This document shows positions 29,724 to 41,275 of a DNA stretch of 64,000 bases, one piece after another. The stretch is from an uncultured Desulfosarcina sp. GTDB lineage: Bacteria; Desulfobacterota; Desulfobacteria; Desulfobacterales; Desulfosarcinaceae. The stretch spans positions 320,001-384,000 of the forward strand of contig CAXXWQ010000003.1 of assembly GCA_963674945.2 (NCBI GenBank). Direction: 5' to 3'. Made by a program: the position numbers and the translations under genes. The notes below the pieces were generated by a model, which saw only the letters and a list, made by a program, of their open reading frames with translations, made no database searches and was not told the DNA's origin. The number at the start of each line of letters is the position of its first letter. Within the stretch, counting starts at the first letter, position 1.

Positions 29724-31661
29724 CTATCGCAGGTTCCAGATTTGGTACCTTCTGGACAAGAGATCTTGCAACTGCCGGATGATGGTAAAGCTATCCTTGA
29801 GCACCTTGCGTTCCATGGGATTGAGCAGGGCCGGATCTACAAAGTTGTTCAGCGGCAGCCCATGCGCGCGGGCGCGCAGATGGTGACTGATGCGGATGAA
29901 GTTGATGTAATCATACGCGTCATCGATCGCCGCCGTGAAATCGGCGTCGAGAACGTGCTGCTGTTGAATCCTATTAAGACGGGCCATGGTATTGGTTTCC
30001 GGGATACCCGCCTCCAAAGCCATGATCCGGGCCGCATCCACCACTGGCGTCAGGCCGTGTAACTTCAGGTTGAGCCCGCTGCTTTGCGCACCGGATGTCT
30101 CCACCACGAACTGACGCAAAAATCCCAGGGGTGGTCGGTTGGTCAGCGCATTCGCCGTCATCTGTCGGGCGTAGTGTATCTTCCCTGCAGCCATGTCGGT
30201 CAGTTGACGGCGCAGTTGACGGGCTCCGTCGAAGCCATCGCCGACGCTGCGGAAGTCGAAAAAAACGGTTGCCAGGCGCATCCTTTCCGGTGTTGGATTA
30301 TCTATCCAGTCGGCGAATATCTTCCGCCATGCGCGCTGTCCCATGCACCATTGGGGATTGCTCGCCATCACGCCACCTTTGCAGCGGGGAATGCCGAACC
30401 GCGCCAGGGCATCCACCACCTTTTGAGCCAGGGTCTGAAACCACTGCCGCACGACCGGCTCCGTCTCCGGATCGACATCCTGGTAGAGCAGTGCGTTGTC
30501 CTGATCGGTGCAAAGCGTTTGCTCCCGACGTCCTTCGCTGCCCATGGCCAGCCAGCAGTAAGGGACAGGCGGCGGCCCCCATTTGTCCGCCGCCATCTTC
30601 TCTTCGATGACGCGGATAAACTGGCGGGTGACGCGGTCGTTCAGCTCGGCAACCAGCGCCATCATGGGTTTGACTGCGCTGCTGCGCTGCATCGCCATTT
30701 CCAGGACCCGGTCTATATGAACCCGTTTACCGACCAGTTCGTCGATGCTGGTGGCATTGGCGATGTCACCGATTATGCCTACCGGGGTCGTGCCGGTGGC
30801 CAACTGAAAATCGTGCTCGCTGATGATACCCGTCGCACGCCGGTTCTCGGTTACGACCAGATGGCTGACGGCAAAGCGGCTCATATCCAGCAGCGCATCG
30901 AATGCAAAGGCATCGGGTGCGATATCACGTACCGGTGTCGTCATTATCCTGCCAACAGGGGTGTCCAGGCCGTGTCCGTCGGCAACGATCTGGTTGCGCA
31001 GGTCGGTGTCTGTTAGAATGCCTGTCGGCTGGCCGTGAGAATCGAGGATGATGATGGAGCCGACACCGCGCGCCTTCATTCGCTGGGCCGCGAGCCGTAC
31101 GGACGTCTGCCGATCGCAGGTCAAAAGATTCTGCGACATCAATTCCCATACCCGTTTGCCGGTCATGAACTGGTCGAATTGAATCTGGTTTTCAAGGGTC
31201 AACAGATCGCGTTGGGTGTCAGCGGACCTGCGCACGGCCTTGAAATTGCGGGCCAGCGAAAAACCAAGGAAGCGGTGAAACTGTGGATGCTTTGCCAGCA
31301 GACGGTCCACGGTCGCCTTTGGGACAAGGAAAGCGATCAAGTCCTCCTGGGCGGTGATGTTGAACAATGCATTCTTACCCTCCAGAAGGCTCACGGCACC
31401 GAAACTGTCCCCCTCACCCCGCAAATCGACCAGGATCTCCTCGCCCGATTCGTCGGGGATGGAGATTCGGGCGCAGCCAGTCTGGACGATGTAGAGGAAG
31501 CCACTGGGCGGCTCACCTTTATGGATGATTTGCCGGCCGGCCGGATAAAAAGCAACCTGGGTCGCTGCGACGACCGCAGCCATTGTGTCGTTCTCAAGAT
31601 TGTTGAACGGCACCACGGTTTTCAAAAATTCGATGATTCCCGGCAGGGGATTGGTATCCAT
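29724..31661 (-). CDS. cNMP-binding / CBS / DUF294 putative nucleotidyltransferase
   Basis: N-terminal cNMP fold, two CBS domains, MGSEGRREQTLCTDQDNAL, FFDFR. Confidence 0.9.
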   Translation of the reverse strand: MDTNPLPGIIEFLKTVVPFNNLENDTMAAVVAATQVAFYPAGRQIIHKGEPPSGFLYIVQTGCARISIPDESGEEILVDLRGEGDSFGAVSLLEGKNALFNITAQEDLIAFLVPKATVDRLLAKHPQFHRFLGFSLARNFKAVRRSADTQRDLLTLENQIQFDQFMTGKRVWELMSQNLLTCDRQTSVRLAAQRMKARGVGSIIILDSHGQPTGILTDTDLRNQIVADGHGLDTPVGRIMTTPVRDIAPDAFAFDALLDMSRFAVSHLVVTENRRATGIISEHDFQLATGTTPVGIIGDIANATSIDELVGKRVHIDRVLEMAMQRSSAVKPMMALVAELNDRVTRQFIRVIEEKMAADKWGPPPVPYCWLAMGSEGRREQTLCTDQDNALLYQDVDPETEPVVRQWFQTLAQKVVDALARFGIPRCKGGVMASNPQWCMGQRAWRKIFADWIDNPTPERMRLATVFFDFRSVGDGFDGARQLRRQLTDMAAGKIHYARQMTANALTNRPPLGFLRQFVVETSGAQSSGLNLKLHGLTPVVDAARIMALEAGIPETNTMARLNRIQQQHVLDADFTAAIDDAYDYINFIRISHHLRARAHGLPLNNFVDPALLNPMERKVLKDSFTIIRQLQDLLSRRYQIWNLR

Positions 31662-31792
31662 GAAAATTCTGGCTCACGACGAATGGGACTGGTGCGAGCG
31701 CCGGCAGTTGCGCTTTCGGTAATGGAGGTCAGCACACCAATATGGCCGGCGATCTGTCTGACAGTCACAATAAAACCGATTACAACTCCAGA

Positions 31793-32425
31793 CTATTTGT
31801 TTTTAGTTGTTAAAATACCATTAAATATTATCTGAAAAATATTCTCCGCGAATTGGTCCGCATCATACGTTTTGTCAAATAGAAGACTTGGCAAGACAAC
31901 ATGCTCTATGCTTCCCAGAATAATTTGCATGAGAAACCAGGACGAAACATCCTCTCGAATTTCACCACTGTTGATTCCTTCCTTAATCAGAGAGCGAATG
32001 AGCTGACAATATTCCTTGACAATCAGGTATGTCTCACTTTCGTAATATCCTTTGTAATTTCGTACTTCGATGAGGAGGATTTTCGCATGCACCCGGTCGT
32101 TGTTCCAGTTGTCCAGGGTTCTCCATATGAGCCTTTTTAATTTGTTTACGGCTCCCGTGATGGCGACCAGATCCGTATAGAACTGCTGCAATGAATTTTT
32201 TTGGTGTTCGGCCAGCACATAATGGAGCAGGCCTCGTTTATCGCTGAAGTACCGGTAGATGAGCGACTCGTTTACCCCGGATTTTCTGGAAATTTCGGCT
32301 GTCGTAATCGAATTGAAGTCTTTTTCCTCCAAAAGTTCCTCAAGTGCTATGGCGAGCTTGATTTTTCCTCGAGGTGTGGATTGCATCCGTTTGTAAAGGA
32401 AACGGCTTTTTTCCTTCGAAGACAT
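31793..32425 (-). CDS. TetR family transcriptional regulator
   Basis: ITTAEISRKSGVNESLIYRYFSDK HTH. Confidence 0.92.
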   Translation of the reverse strand: MSSKEKSRFLYKRMQSTPRGKIKLAIALEELLEEKDFNSITTAEISRKSGVNESLIYRYFSDKRGLLHYVLAEHQKNSLQQFYTDLVAITGAVNKLKRLIWRTLDNWNNDRVHAKILLIEVRNYKGYYESETYLIVKEYCQLIRSLIKEGINSGEIREDVSSWFLMQIILGSIEHVVLPSLLFDKTYDADQFAENIFQIIFNGILTTKNK

Positions 32426-32566
32426 CTAATGATTCCTACCCTCCGTGGTTTCGATAATCCGTTAAAAATGCAAATAACATTTACATCGGATCATCTCTTT
32501 GTCAACCGTTTATATTTATTAATTATTTACAGAATACCATCAATCCATTCTTTTTGAAAAAAACTG

Positions 32567-32622
32567 TTGACAGATTTTGATTATACTTTTAAGTATAGTG
32601 TTACTTGCTTTTAATCAAGTAA
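32567..32622 (+). promoter_or_regulatory. Promoter with palindromic candidate TetR operators
   Basis: ttgaca at 32567; palindromes tatactt-tt-aagtata (32582-32597) and ttacttg-N8-caagtaa (32601-32622) in the tetR/operon divergent gap. Confidence 0.5.
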
Positions 32623-32735
32623 ATTTTACTTATACCACATCAGACCTGCCTCCCGGAAGGCAGGGAGAACCTTTTGAATGTTTGTGGAAAGATGCGGTTT
32701 ATATTATTTTCCATATTGAAGAAGGCGCAACAGCG

Positions 32736-33527
32736 ATGAAATTCCAAACGATCATTGTCGAAAAGGAAAAAGGGCTGGGAAAAATAATTTTTAACCGGCC
32801 AAATGTGCTCAACGCTTACAATGAAACCCTTGCCGGCGAGGTCCTTCAAGCATTTTCCACCTTGGAAAACGACCAATCCATTAAAGTGATCGTATTCACT
32901 GGAAGCGGCCGGGCCTTCATGGCCGGGGCGGATATCAAAATGATCAACGCCTGGTCCGAACAGGGCGATTCTTCTAAAATCAACGACCATTTATCCTCCC
33001 TGCTCAATCCGAACATGCTTGAGGATTGCCCGAAACCGGTCATCGCCGCCGTGAACGGCATCGCCTTCGGCATGGGTTTCGAAATCGCCCTGGCCTGTGA
33101 TTATCGAATTGCCGTCAGGAATGCCAAATTTGCCCTCCCGGAGGTAAAACTCGGTCTCGTGCCCGGCGGCGGCGGAAGTCAGCGGCTGTTTCACATCGTC
33201 GGCGCCACCCACGCCCTGGAGATGATTACCATTGGTGATCCCATCGACGCCGAAAAAGCAAATCAGATCGGTTTGATCAATCGAATGGCCGACGATGAGG
33301 CCGGCCTGTGGGAGGCTGTAACGAAGTTCAGCCAATCCTTGATGGGGCATAGTACCCTGGCCTTGGCTGCATGCAAGCGCTTGATTTACAAGGGCGGTAG
33401 CCTGCCGATCCGCAAGGGCATCGCGTATGAAAAGCAGCAATTTTGCGAAATCCTCTTGGCAGAAGATGCCAGGGAAGGAACGCAGGCTTTCCTTGAAAAG
33501 AGGCAGCCGCAATTCAAAGGAAAATAA
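32736..33527 (+). CDS. Enoyl-CoA hydratase
   Basis: AFMAGADI, GMGFEIALACD, PEVKLGLVPGGGGSQRL. Confidence 0.92.
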   Translation: MKFQTIIVEKEKGLGKIIFNRPNVLNAYNETLAGEVLQAFSTLENDQSIKVIVFTGSGRAFMAGADIKMINAWSEQGDSSKINDHLSSLLNPNMLEDCPKPVIAAVNGIAFGMGFEIALACDYRIAVRNAKFALPEVKLGLVPGGGGSQRLFHIVGATHALEMITIGDPIDAEKANQIGLINRMADDEAGLWEAVTKFSQSLMGHSTLALAACKRLIYKGGSLPIRKGIAYEKQQFCEILLAEDAREGTQAFLEKRQPQFKGK

Positions 33528-33578
33528 CGAGGAGATGTGGCGCTGATCAGAAATTCATCACATTTTAAGGAGGTATCG

Positions 33579-35426
33579 GTGGCAGCATTTTTGGTAGATA
33601 AACGAGATCAGCTTTTTGTTCTGAACGATATGCTTGAAATCGATAAAATTTGTGAATTTGAGAAGTTTTCCGAGCATACCGGATTCGAAATGGTTTTGAC
33701 CGAAGCCCACCGGTTTGCCAAGAATGAATTTTATCCCACCCTTCAAGATGGTGACAACCAGGGGTGTGTCTACGATCCTGAAACCCACTCCGTTCTCTTT
33801 CCCGAGTGTTTTAAAAAGCCATACGAAAAGTTCAAAAAAGGAGGATGGCTCGCCATGTGCGACAGCCCGGAGGTTGGCGGTGACGGCTTTCCGCTCACCA
33901 TTGGAACGGCCGTTTCCGAAATTTTTTATGCCTCGGGATTTTACATTTACGGAGCAGCAGAATTGAGTCACGCCGGTGCAAAAGTGCTCGAGAAGTACGG
34001 CACCCAATCCCAGAAAAAACTATATATGACCCGGCTCTTTTCAGGTGAATGGATGGGCACCATGTGCCTTACCGAACCGGATGCCGGCAGCGATGTGGGC
34101 AAAGTAGAGGCCAGCGCATCGCTTCAATCCGATGGGACTTACGCCATCACCGGCACCAAAATATTTATCACGGCCGGTGAACAGGATCTGACAGAAAATA
34201 TCATTCACATGGTTCTGGCCCGTGTGTAAGGAGATCCCTCCGGTACGAAAGGACTTTCTCTTTTTATCGTTCCCAAGTTTCTGTCCGACGAAACCGGTAC
34301 GATTACGAAACGCAACGACGTCAAATGCATGGGTATCGAGCATAAGATGGGGCTGCACGGTCTAGCTACGTGCACCATGTCTTTTGGCGACAATGATGCG
34401 TGTACCGGATACCTGTTGGGAGATCGAGGGAAAGGCATCGTCGAAATGTTCAACATGATGAACGAGCAGCGTCTTCTGGTCGGACTGCAGGGCCTTTCCT
34501 ATTCTTCCGCCGCATTCTTGCATGCCGTGGAGTACGCAGGAACACGCAAACAGGGATTTTCGGTTCATCCGGACAGGCAAAAAAAAGGATCGGTGGCCAT
34601 TATCGAACATCCGGATATCAAGAGGATGCTTCTGACACTGAAGGCCCACGTTGAGGGGGGGCGGGCCCTGGCCTATTTCGCCAGCATGTGCATTGATTAT
34701 GCCGCCGTCACCGAAGGGGAAACCCAGGCCCGCTGGCAGGGATTGGCCGAACTGCTGACCCCCATCGTCAAGGCCTATCTGACTGACAATGCATGGGAAG
34801 ATACCGGCATGGCCATCCAGGTCGCCGGCGGTTACGGTTACTGCTCGGATTATCCCTTTGAAAGGCTCGCCAGGGACTGCAAAGTCTCCAGCATCTATGA
34901 AGGGACCAATGGGATACAGGCCATGGATCTGGTGTTTCGAAAAATCATTGGCAACCAATCGGTCAATTTCAATCATCTGATGGCGTGTATGGACCAGACC
35001 ATTCATTACGCTGAGACAATCGAAGGGTTGACCGCTTACGCTGCCATGGTGCAACAGGCCAGGCAGGATCTCGAGCCTGTCGTGCACCACTTCGTGGATC
35101 TTTTTGAAAATGGCCGGATGGACCATGTTTATGCCAAAGCCAGTCCATTTCTGGAAGTTATGGGAGATGTTTTATTGGGTTGGCTGCACTTGTGGCAATT
35201 GACCATCGCCCTTCCGGAATTATCGAAGGAAATTGATGAAAAGGAAAAATCGGAAGCCATCAAATTCATAAAAAAGAAGAAAAACCTTTCTTTCTACTAC
35301 GGCAAAGTTGCCAGCGCGCAGTTTTATATTCAAACGATGTTGCAGCGAACAAAAGGCAAATTGGAAGCGCTGAAATCATCATCTGATCCTGTAGTAGACA
35401 TTTTCGAAAAAGCCTTTACCGGTTGA
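33579..35426 (+). pseudogene. Long-type acyl-CoA dehydrogenase with an in-frame TAA at 34227-34229
   Basis: Both ORF fragments are in one frame: MCLTEPDAGSD...HMVLARV*GDPSGTKGLSLFIVPK...IYEGTNGIQA; AAGGAGG RBS before GTG 33579. Confidence 0.88.
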
Positions 35427-35486
35427 AAACGCATCCGGCGTATCAGATCACTATTTATTTAGACTGCTTACATTGAAGGAGAAAAA

Positions 35487-36341
35487 ATGAGTATCAACAC
35501 CATCGGCGTCATCGGATCGGGCATCATGGGCCATGGTATCGCACAGGTAGCGGCCACTGCCGGCATCACCGTACGACTCAACGATATATCGGACGACATT
35601 CTGGAAAAGGCCAGAAACAATATCGATCGGTCTCTGGAGAAAGGAATGAAAAAAGGAAAAATCAATCTGGACGACAAGGCAAAGATCCTCGGACGCATAT
35701 CCTTCGAGAGTGACGTAACAAAAGCCGTTGAAAACGTTGATCTGGTGGTGGAAGCGGTTCCGGAAAACATCGAACTGAAAAAACAGACGTTTCGGAAACT
35801 CGACGAACTCACTCGGTCGGATACGATTCTGGCCACCAACACGTCACAGTATAGCATCACCGAAATCGCCAGCGTGGTTTCCGAACCTTCCCGGGTGATC
35901 GGAATGCACTGGTTCAATCCGCCGGTAATCATGAAGCTGATCGAAATCATTCGTGGACTGGATACGTCCGATGCTGTGGTCGAGTCGATTCGCACGTTTG
36001 CTGCCAAGGCAGGCAAGCAGATCGTCGTGTGTAAAGACTCCACCGGATTCATCAGCACCCGGGTCCTTCTTGCCCTCAGGCTTGAGTGCTACCGACTGCT
36101 TGAAGAAGGCATCGCCAGTAAGGAGGATATCGACAAGACCCTGAAGCTGGCCTTCGGCCATCCCATGGGACAATTCGAGTTGGCCGATTTCTCCGGATTG
36201 GATATCGAGGTGCCATCCTGCGAGTCGCTGGCCAAGGTCTTCGGGGGTCGATTCAGGCCGCCGCAAGCCTTGATGCAGCGGGTAAAAGCGGGACGGTTGG
36301 GAAGAAAAACAGGACGAGGCTGGTATGATTACCAGCAGTAA
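35487..36341 (+). CDS. 3-hydroxyacyl-CoA dehydrogenase
   Basis: GSGIMGHGIA, EAVPE, NTS, GMHWFNP, GRKTGRGWY. Confidence 0.93.
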   Translation: MSINTIGVIGSGIMGHGIAQVAATAGITVRLNDISDDILEKARNNIDRSLEKGMKKGKINLDDKAKILGRISFESDVTKAVENVDLVVEAVPENIELKKQTFRKLDELTRSDTILATNTSQYSITEIASVVSEPSRVIGMHWFNPPVIMKLIEIIRGLDTSDAVVESIRTFAAKAGKQIVVCKDSTGFISTRVLLALRLECYRLLEEGIASKEDIDKTLKLAFGHPMGQFELADFSGLDIEVPSCESLAKVFGGRFRPPQALMQRVKAGRLGRKTGRGWYDYQQ

Positions 36342-36467
36342 TAATATCCAAATACAATGATATTGTAAAAATTCGCTGTTCGGATGGATTCGTATAAATG
36401 ACCGAAATCAAGGTTTGCGAATCCGTCGGATAAGAAACTTCACGGGAAACAATTGGAGATGAAAACA

Positions 36468-37700
36468 ATGAGCGATCCAGATGATCTTGTCATTGTCAGT
36501 GCCGCACGAACCCCTTTCGGGCGCTTCGGAGGCATGTTGAGAGAGATGCACAGTTCCGCACTCGGCACACTGGTCATCAAAGAAGTGTTGTCACGTACCG
36601 GCCTTCAGGGTGATTCCATCGATGAGATGTACTACGGCATGTGTATCCAGTCCGAAGCGGCATTGCTGTACAATGTTATCGCAAGGCAGGCGTTGATTCA
36701 CGCAGGCCTGTCGCCGGAAACCATTTCCCTGACCATTGACCGTGCATGCTGTTCGTCGCTCACCGGGGTCCAACTGGGACGCAAATCGATTTTGCTGGGT
36801 GAAGCCGCCATCTGTATGGCGGTGGGCGCCGAGAATATGAGCAACACGCCGGTGGTGCTCAACGGACATCGCTGGGAGACCCGGTTGGACAAACCGACCA
36901 TGGTGGACCATCTGAATCCGATTATTTACGTGGGATTTAAATCCATTGCAGCCGATGCGGGCGAAGTTGCCCTGGAACACGATGTCTCACGGGAAATGCA
37001 GGATGAATGGGCCTACAACTCCCAGATGAGATATCAGTCCGCCAACAAGGCAGGCAAATTCAAAATCGGTGAAGAACTCACCCCGGTGCCCATCCCCCAA
37101 AGGAAAGGAGGAGAACTGCTCTTCCAAGAGGATGAGTTCCCCAAACCGCACACCACCTTGGAAAAACTGGCGTCACTGAAAACCGTCTATGACAGCCCGA
37201 CGGTTACCGCCGGGAATTCGCCGGGCCTGGATGCCGGCGCCGCGGCCTTGATTATCACCAAACGATCCACGGCCGAATCATTCGGTCTTACGCCGCTCGG
37301 TATAATCCTGTCGGTGGGCAGTGCGGCCAGAGAGCCACATCTGATGGCCGAGGTTCCCGCCTATGCCATCTTGCAGGCCCTGGACCGGGCAGGCCTCTGT
37401 GTAGACGATCTCGACCTGATTGAAATCAACGAAGCGTTCGCAGCCGTGCCATTGGTTTCGACCAAACTTCTGGCAGATAACGATCCGGTGAAGTGGGAGA
37501 CGATCAAGGCAAAGACCAATCCCAATGGTGGTGCCATCGCCATTGGTCATCCCGTTGGTGCAAGTGGCGCCAGAATACTGATGACCGCAATGTACGAGCT
37601 GCGACGGCGCGGCGGCGGCGTTGGGGCCGTCGGCATCTGCGGAGGACTGGCCCAGGGCGATTCGGTCGTTCTGCGGGTGGATGAAACGTGTGGCCTGTAA
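36468..37700 (+). CDS. Acetyl-CoA C-acyltransferase (thiolase)
   Basis: ARTPFG, RACCSS, EINEAFA, GHPVGASG, ICGG. Confidence 0.93.
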   Translation: MSDPDDLVIVSAARTPFGRFGGMLREMHSSALGTLVIKEVLSRTGLQGDSIDEMYYGMCIQSEAALLYNVIARQALIHAGLSPETISLTIDRACCSSLTGVQLGRKSILLGEAAICMAVGAENMSNTPVVLNGHRWETRLDKPTMVDHLNPIIYVGFKSIAADAGEVALEHDVSREMQDEWAYNSQMRYQSANKAGKFKIGEELTPVPIPQRKGGELLFQEDEFPKPHTTLEKLASLKTVYDSPTVTAGNSPGLDAGAAALIITKRSTAESFGLTPLGIILSVGSAAREPHLMAEVPAYAILQALDRAGLCVDDLDLIEINEAFAAVPLVSTKLLADNDPVKWETIKAKTNPNGGAIAIGHPVGASGARILMTAMYELRRRGGGVGAVGICGGLAQGDSVVLRVDETCGL

Positions 37701-37757
37701 CATCAGGCATGATGGCATATGGTCGTTTTGTAATTTCATAAAGGGAGGAAAAAAACG

Positions 37758-39419
37758 ATGGAAATGATCAAAGGTTGCCCATCTACATCAATGGATGATT
37801 ATCAGCTGAATCATACGACACTTATACGGCACGCTGCGAGAAATTTTCCGGAAAGAGAAGTTGTTTACAAAACAGCCAGCGGCGTCGAACGCTACAATTA
37901 TCAAAAAGCGTATAATCGAATGAAACGGCTGGCAAATGCGCTGGTGCAGATTGGCGTTCAACCGGGGGACCGCGTCGGTGTTCTGGACTGGAATTCCAAA
38001 CGGTTTTTCGAATCCTACTTCGCCATTCCCGGTATCGGCGCCGTACTGCTGCAAATGAACCTGCGCGTCAGTCCCGATGAACTCGCTTACGTGGCGAATC
38101 ACAGTGAAGCCAAATACCTTTTCGTCGATGAATCCCTTCTGGAACTCGCGGAGGAGTTAGCGCCCAAACTGAACAATGTTATCGCCTTTGTGGTGATGAC
38201 AGACAAGAAGCCCGATGAATTGAAGACTTCTCTTACCCCGGTCTACCACTACGAAGAAATGGTCGACAATGCACCCGATACGTACAAATGGCCGATTATC
38301 GATGAGACTTCGGCATATAGTGCCTGTTATACGTCCGGAACGACAGGCAAGCCCAAAGGCGTCTACTATTCGCATCGGTGCATATACATCCATGCCATGA
38401 TGTACGCGCTGTATGCAAGCATCAGCTGCCGCGACACGCTTGTCCAACTCGTTCCCATGTTCCACGCGCAGGGATGGGGGATATGGCAGTCCGCAGTCTT
38501 CATGGGGGCGAAAATCGTATTGCCGGGAAGATACAGCCTCAATGATGCGGATTCGATCATAGAGATGATGGTTGCGGAAAAAATGACCGTCACCAACGGC
38601 TCTCCGGCGCTTTTCACGCCTTTTTTGAGCCTCATCGAACAAATGGAGAAAAAGCCCAAATTTGAAGGGGCCAGAATCATCAGCGGAGCGACGGAACCGC
38701 CGCTGTCCACCATGAAAGGGTGGCGGGATCTCACCGGTGCGAAATTCATCCATATCTACGGTGCCACAGAGACAGCTCCCATCTGCCTTTGCAATGTCCT
38801 GAGCCCCGACCTGGAGGAGCGATTGTCCGAAGACGAGAAATGGGAACTGATGAAAAAACAGGGCATACCGGTCACGGGGTTAGACGTCAAACTGGTCGAC
38901 TTCGATGGGAAAGAAGTGCCTCGTGATGGCAAAACAGCCGGCGAGATAATGGTTAAAGGTCCGTGGATCACCGGGTCTTATTACAATGACGACCGCAGCC
39001 AGGCGTCATTTGTCGATGGATATTGGAAGAGTGCGGATGCCGGCGCCATCGACGAAAACGGCTATGTAAAAATCGTCGATCGCTATAAAGACCTCATTAA
39101 AAGTGGCGGCGAATGGATTTCTTCGGTCGACCTGGAAAATGCCATCGCCGCACATCCTGCCGTTGAAGAGGCAACGGTGATCGGCCTGAAGCATCCCAAG
39201 TGGGAAGAACGTCCCCTGGCTCTGGTCGTCAAAATGAAAGGGGAAGAATATTCAACGGTGACGGAGCAGGATATCATCGATTTTATCGCCCCAAAATTTG
39301 CCAAATGGCAGCTTCCCGACAAAGTCAAATTCGTAGCGGAAATCAAGAAAACAAGTGTTGGAAAATTTGACAAGAAACGGATTCGCAATGATTACGTGGA
39401 TGAATACATTAACCAATGA
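37758..39419 (+). CDS. Acyl-CoA ligase (medium/long chain, DmdB-like subfamily)
   Basis: YTSGTTGKPKG, VPMFHA, YGATET, IKSGGEWISS, KTSVGK. Confidence 0.92.
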   Translation: MEMIKGCPSTSMDDYQLNHTTLIRHAARNFPEREVVYKTASGVERYNYQKAYNRMKRLANALVQIGVQPGDRVGVLDWNSKRFFESYFAIPGIGAVLLQMNLRVSPDELAYVANHSEAKYLFVDESLLELAEELAPKLNNVIAFVVMTDKKPDELKTSLTPVYHYEEMVDNAPDTYKWPIIDETSAYSACYTSGTTGKPKGVYYSHRCIYIHAMMYALYASISCRDTLVQLVPMFHAQGWGIWQSAVFMGAKIVLPGRYSLNDADSIIEMMVAEKMTVTNGSPALFTPFLSLIEQMEKKPKFEGARIISGATEPPLSTMKGWRDLTGAKFIHIYGATETAPICLCNVLSPDLEERLSEDEKWELMKKQGIPVTGLDVKLVDFDGKEVPRDGKTAGEIMVKGPWITGSYYNDDRSQASFVDGYWKSADAGAIDENGYVKIVDRYKDLIKSGGEWISSVDLENAIAAHPAVEEATVIGLKHPKWEERPLALVVKMKGEEYSTVTEQDIIDFIAPKFAKWQLPDKVKFVAEIKKTSVGKFDKKRIRNDYVDEYINQ

Positions 39420-39437
39420 CAAACAGGAGGAAATTAT

Positions 39438-39581
39438 ATGAATTGGGCAGCGCTTTTATCATTTTTACATCCCATGCTCGCTTGTATCATTTGCGGGGTT
39501 TGGATCCTTTGGATTCTCAAAAAAAATTATTCGAAGGAAGTCATTGATGAAAACAGAATCGAAATGCAAACCAAAGAGTAG
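39438..39581 (+). CDS. Small single-TM membrane protein (47 aa), probable symporter accessory subunit
   Basis: CAGGAGG RBS; MNWAALLSFLHPMLACIICGVWILWILKKNYSKEVIDENRIEMQTKE; directly precedes the SSS gene. Confidence 0.7.
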   Translation: MNWAALLSFLHPMLACIICGVWILWILKKNYSKEVIDENRIEMQTKE

Positions 39582-39611
39582 CGTTTCAGAAACAGGGGAA
39601 AAGGGGATCGT

Positions 39612-41207
39612 ATGAATCTGACCAATGCCATATTTTTCGGTACACTTTTGCTGTATGTGATTGTTTCCTTTTATGTCACCCGATACATCAAGACATCCAA
39701 GGACTACTACGTCATGGGTAACAGGGCGACCACACTGTGGGTCGCCGGCGCATTGACGGCAAGTTACACCAGCGCCGTTACCTTCGTGGGGATCGCCGGC
39801 ATCGAATATCTGAACGGGCCGCCGATTTTCCTGCTCGCCTATGGAAGCTGGCTCGGAATGGTGATCGCGATGCTTTACGTCGGCAGGAAATTGAGAGCCT
39901 ATGGCTCGATGACCATGCCGGATTTCATTCAACAGCGGTAGGGCTCTACAACGAGGATCATCGCGACGATCATCATGATCATCGGCCTGATGGGTTACGG
40001 ACTCGTTCAGTTTATGGGGGCCGGTGTACTGCTGAGTTCCATCACGGGAATACCGTACACCTGGGTGGTCATCATTTTTGCCGTTGCTCTGGTGATTTTT
40101 TGTTCCGCGGCAGGAATGTGGAGTGTGGTTGTCAATGACACCATCATGCTGATCACGATACTCATCGGCTGTTTCGTCGTAGCGCCCTTGCTGGTGGTCA
40201 AAGCCGGCGGATTCGAAGCCATTACCACCGGATTGATGGAAAAGAGCGAACTGTTTTGGAGCTCGGGCGGCGCCGTCTACAAAATGCCCGTGGGCTGGAC
40301 CATCGGCCAGCTGATCCTGTGGATGGTATTCTTCCCGGTCGCACCATGGATCGCCATGAGAGCCTTTCCGGCAAAGGACGATTTTGTCCTCATGCGGTCG
40401 ATCGCCTGGTCAACCTTTATGGCGACGGCCGGCGTGACCGTATTGTTTCTGGGGTGCTCGGCCGTATTTCTCATCAACCCCAACATAAAGCCGGCGGATC
40501 AGGTCTTTATCTGGGCGTCACAAAACCAGGTGCCTGCCTTTTTAGGTGGGATTGGGATCGCCGGAATCATGGCGGCAATCCTGTCGACGGCGGCGTCGAT
40601 CTTCATCGCGGCGGGGTTTGCTCTCTCCAGGGATTTGTTCGAACGGTCCACTTCACGAACCCTCACCGAGAAGCAAAAGGTGCTATACGCCAGATATGCT
40701 CAGGTTTTCATCGGGCTGGTGATACTGGTGATCGCTTTGACAAAACCGTTGGCCATTTACTGGATCGGCGCCTGGGCAGGCGCTCTCTTTTGCACCTCAT
40801 GGATGCCGATGATCGTTGGTGGCTTCGAATTTAAAAAGGTCACCCGCCAGGGTGCGATCGCCTCCATGATCGTCGGCGTAGGTTCCTATGTCCTGTTATA
40901 CCAGCTGGTCAAGAAGGCAAAGCTGTTTCAGCTTCCGCTCAATCTCGATCCGGTCATCTACTGCCTCCTCCTTTCATGTCTGGTGATGTGGATCGTCAGT
41001 GTGTTCACCAAACCCAATGAGAAGGATCTGGAGACGTTTGACAGCCTGCAGGGCATAAGCCTTTCCAAAGAGGCGATCGTTGCCTACCCGTCCGACATCC
41101 TGGCAAAAGAAATCAGAACCACGAAGCTAACCGCGTGGGGACTCATTCTTCTCAGCGTTGTCTTTTTCGGGTACCTGATTATCAGGATCGTTCCTGCGGT
41201 GTCCTGA
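39612..41207 (+). pseudogene. Sodium:solute symporter with an in-frame TAG at 39939-39941
   Basis: Both fragments are in one frame: TMPDFIQQR*GSTTR (family motif RY/RF-G); AAILSTA, GAIASM. Confidence 0.88.
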
Positions 41208-41275
41208 CAGACCGGTGGATATCCCAAACAGCACCTTCCGCCCGGTGGTTTGACGTAGACCTAAGTTGAGTTTAG

